Below are positions 61,156 to 64,000 of a stretch of 64,000 nucleotides of DNA, piece after piece. Numbering within the stretch: position 1 is the stretch's first letter; the number at the start of each line of letters is the position of its first letter. The notes below the pieces were generated by a model that ran no database searches, was not told the DNA's origin, and was given only the letters and a program-made list of their open reading frames with translations. Source of the DNA: an uncultured Nitrospiraceae bacterium (lineage in GTDB: Bacteria; Nitrospirota; Nitrospiria; Nitrospirales; Nitrospiraceae); the NCBI GenBank assembly GCA_963730935.1, contig CAVSTP010000004.1:736001-800000 (forward strand), in the 5' to 3' direction. Position numbers and translations under genes: made by a program.

Positions 61156-61657
61156 ATGGTCGTTGGAGTTACCGGACATCAAGACATTCCACCCGCCGCT
61201 ACAAAGTTCGTGAAGGATAGAATTGCCATATTGCTCTCCAAAGTAATTGGAAAGATTACCGCTGTTTCTTCTCTTGCGTCAGTGCGGATTAGTTCTTTTC
61301 GAAAATCGCGTTGGGACTGGGGGCAGAACTCCACGTTATCGTTCCCTGTGATAAGTACGAGTCAACATTCAGTAATGAACGGACGCTTAACCAGTATCGG
61401 AAATTATTGAGAGATGCAGGAAAGGTTGACGTACTCAAGTACAAAGGCCATTTATCTCGGCGTTCTTAGATGCGGGCCGTCACGTAGTTGACATTTCTCA
61501 GTTGGTGATTGCGGTGTGGGATGGCCTTAAATCTAGAGGAAAAGGCGGGACAGCTGACATTGTCCGATATGCGCGCCAACGCGACAAGGAAGTTGTCGTA
61601 ATATGGCCAACAGGAGTTGCTCGCATCAAGCAAACACGGCCTGCTAGCGTCAGGTAA
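61156..61657 (+). CDS. SLOG-superfamily nucleotide-binding protein (frameshifted)
   Basis: VGVTGHQ, SSLA[.GAD], LHVIVPC, and in the last frame AFLDAGRHVVD...IAVWDGLKSRGKGGTADIVRYA...VIWP. Confidence 0.75.
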
Positions 61658-61694
61658 CTCTAAGACATTTTTTACGCGGAGCGATGTTAATCAA

Positions 61695-62785
61695 TGAGTG
61701 TTGAACTTGGGGCATTACTTGACGACCTAATTGACGATAAATGGCGCAGACAAGTTGGTTTCTCTCCGGACTGTAGAAGCGTCCACATAGGGCATTATTT
61801 CAAGCACCAACATATTCCTTTTCCATCCCATAATCAACAGACTGGATACCCAATAAGGAATACCGTTTTGGAATAGAGCAAGAGTCGGTCTACTTAAGCA
61901 TTGCATGCTTACAGAGAGAGACCTTCGTGCGCCACAACAAACCTTGTTGGAAAAGATCCAATCAGCTCGTACTGAATGGAAGCAGGAAGGTCTTTTAGGC
62001 AAGAAGAGCGGGTTTGTGATTTCCATCGTCTCTGACAGACTTGCTCATTCAGTTCCTGATAACTCAGTAAAGACTCTCGCATTGCGTCTCTGTAGTTTAT
62101 ACCTGCTCGACGATGTCCTCCCGGATAAAGTCTTTTTGGATGACTTACTTTTGGAAATGCCTGGCCCTCTTAAAACCACTTGGAAATGGGATACGGGCGT
62201 AAATTACTTTTCAAGTCACGGAGACAAGAGGTGGTGGCAGGACCATCGGTTCCCAGGCGGTATGGCATTCTCGATCAATTCTATTGGGCATATGGTCAAA
62301 TCAGGCATTATGGCAAAACACATTTCCGATTTGGCCAAACTGATGGGTGCACCCGAACAAGGATTAAAGCCCACCCGAATCGATTCTCCGAGAAGACAGC
62401 CCTAGCTTATGCAAAGTTAATGATTGATAACGCCTCCGATGCCATATCCGGTCGCGTAACGGAGTTGTTACCACTTCTGGCTACTCTTCAAGAACTGCCA
62501 GTTGCAAAATGTCCAACAAAACTTCCAAAACTCGTGGAAGACAAGAATTTTTGTGAGTACAAGGGCTACTATCACACGGACTACACAATCCCATCCGAAT
62601 ATTTTTCTCCGGACGTCGAGCGCCCAAAAGGTCTTTGTCCGCATCGATTGGACTTTACATATTTATTCGATAATGACCCATTGAGCCCAGACAGGTTACG
62701 TTTGAAGGAAGGCGTTAGAGTTCGGGGCACTAAAAAGCAAAAAACAGTGACGAAGAGAGGAAAGGCACATGGGAAAAAGCTTTAA
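61695..62785 (+). CDS. Unknown protein of about 360 aa, split over three ORFs by indels
   Basis: Consecutive ORFs 61694-61876, 61905-62405 and 62180-62785; motifs WWQDHRFPGGMAFSINSIGHM and YKGYYHTDYTIPSEYF. Confidence 0.6.
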
Positions 62786-62985
62786 TCGTCAGAGATAAGT
62801 GCAGAGATTTCTTTCCCATCAGCAACGAGCCAAGAAAAGGGGAGAGGCTACTTTTCTAACTGCTTTGGGGAAGAGAAACGGTGCCAGGAACCATTTCGCG
62901 GCGCGTGGCGGACTGGTTTAGCGCTCTCTGGTCCTCTTTCCCCTCCTTCACACTGCGATAGACGTAAACGACTCGCCAACGTAGA

Positions 62986-63375
62986 ATGTCACGCTTGGGA
63001 ACCCTCATATGGACGTGCCCCTTGTGTGCAGGTAAAAGAAGTCTCATAGCTGAAAACCTCCACGCCTTTGCAATAGAGGACAGTTTCCCAGTCTCGCCAG
63101 GTCACAGCCTCGTGATCCCGAAGACACATGTTCCGACCTTATTTGATCTGTCCAACGAGGCATATGCGGCCTGCTTCGACCTGGCGAGTGTTATGAGAAA
63201 CCTTCTTCTCAACAAGTACAAGCCTGACGGCTTTAATATCGGAACCAATTGCGGAGAATCTGCCGGCCAAACAATCGCCCACGCCCACCTTCACGTCATC
63301 CCTCGCTACACCGGTGATGTGCCTAACCCTCGAGGGGGAATTCGTCATGTCATTCCCGGCAAAGGCTACTATTAA
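62986..63375 (+). CDS. HIT family hydrolase
   Basis: CPLC, FPVSPGHSLVIPK, GFNIG.N.G..AGQT..HAHLHVIPR. Confidence 0.93.
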   Translation: MSRLGTLIWTCPLCAGKRSLIAENLHAFAIEDSFPVSPGHSLVIPKTHVPTLFDLSNEAYAACFDLASVMRNLLLNKYKPDGFNIGTNCGESAGQTIAHAHLHVIPRYTGDVPNPRGGIRHVIPGKGYY

Positions 63376-64000
63376 ATGATTGAGCCATTACTTGAGACGG
63401 TCAGTCGCATCATTCGCACTGGACAAAACTCCAATTCCTATAAATTTGCCCTCCTAAGGACCCTTGCCCATATAGCTTCGAGAGAAACGACGAACCCAAG
63501 GACCATATCAAGGGATCGCCTTGCAGAGTGTTTCATTGCCTTTTACTGGGATCTCACCCTGAAATATCACGTACGCCAAGGGACGAATCCGGACAAGGAT
63601 CCTCGAGTGATGCGGCTGATACGAAATTTGCACCTGATTCCAGAAAAGACAGCGTTGCAAGAGTTCGAGGCGACCGACGACTACAAGAAATTGGTGAAGC
63701 AAGTGGCCCGTGAAGCTTTCGATGATGTTATCCCTCGTCTACATACTGTTAGAGGGGGCGAACAGAAACCTAAGCTGTACGAGCAGGACGGAGACAGAAT
63801 CAGGATTGAAGACCGCACATTTGAGTTCCTAAAGAGTCATTCGCAAGTTATTACTCAGCTCGCAATCGTTCGCTGGCTCGGGTCACGGAGCAGTTCACTT
63901 GCTCCTAAGTAGCTTCAGAAAATCTAAGGTGAATACGAACGAAGGGCAACTTTACAGAAGGTTTCTGGGCCATTAAACAGGAAATATCTTGTATTGTGCT
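63376..64000 (+). CDS. N-terminal part of a probable HNH-type nuclease; frameshifted near 63880 and cut by the window edge
   Basis: NSYKFALLRTL...FIAFYW...RQG N-terminus typical of defence-island HNH proteins; the HNH motif itself is not visible. Confidence 0.55.

Overview
A 64-kb bacterial chromosomal window, about 60% GC by eye. Gene content and protein sequences look most like Nitrospira/Nitrospirota (inference). (1) 1-6.6 kb: a tRNA-Gly(CCC) hit from both sides by tyrosine-integrase elements. One integrase ends in the tRNA 3' end. A decayed ~6-kb island on the other side duplicates the tRNA 5' half and carries SnoaL-like, SGNH and RHH-PAS cargo plus an IS1-like remnant. (2) 6.6-39.7 kb: housekeeping backbone (tyrS, comEA, lpdA, gcvH, ndk, mtnA, comEC, glmM, folP, ftsH, hpt, tilS, ribF, hemB, cobA-hemD, hemC, hemA, ccsA-like, rsmI, tRNA-Leu, rplM-rpsI, argC-argJ, rpsB-tsf-pyrH-frr, alr). 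(3) 39.7-59.6 kb: accessory genes, including a V4R-like/GAF hybrid kinase next to a FadL-type channel, ferredoxins, moaB, a PhzF protein and three radical-SAM genes with a 2OG-Fe(II) oxygenase. The intergenic gaps hold at least three families of dispersed, modular repeats whose stems covary between copies. (4) 59.7-64 kb: a lower-GC defence island with TIR + caspase + SLOG (type IV Thoeris-like), an unknown ~360-aa gene, a HIT protein and an HNH-type nuclease start. Indels cluster from ~56.8 kb to the end and are probably consensus errors, so genes there are reconstructed across frameshifts.
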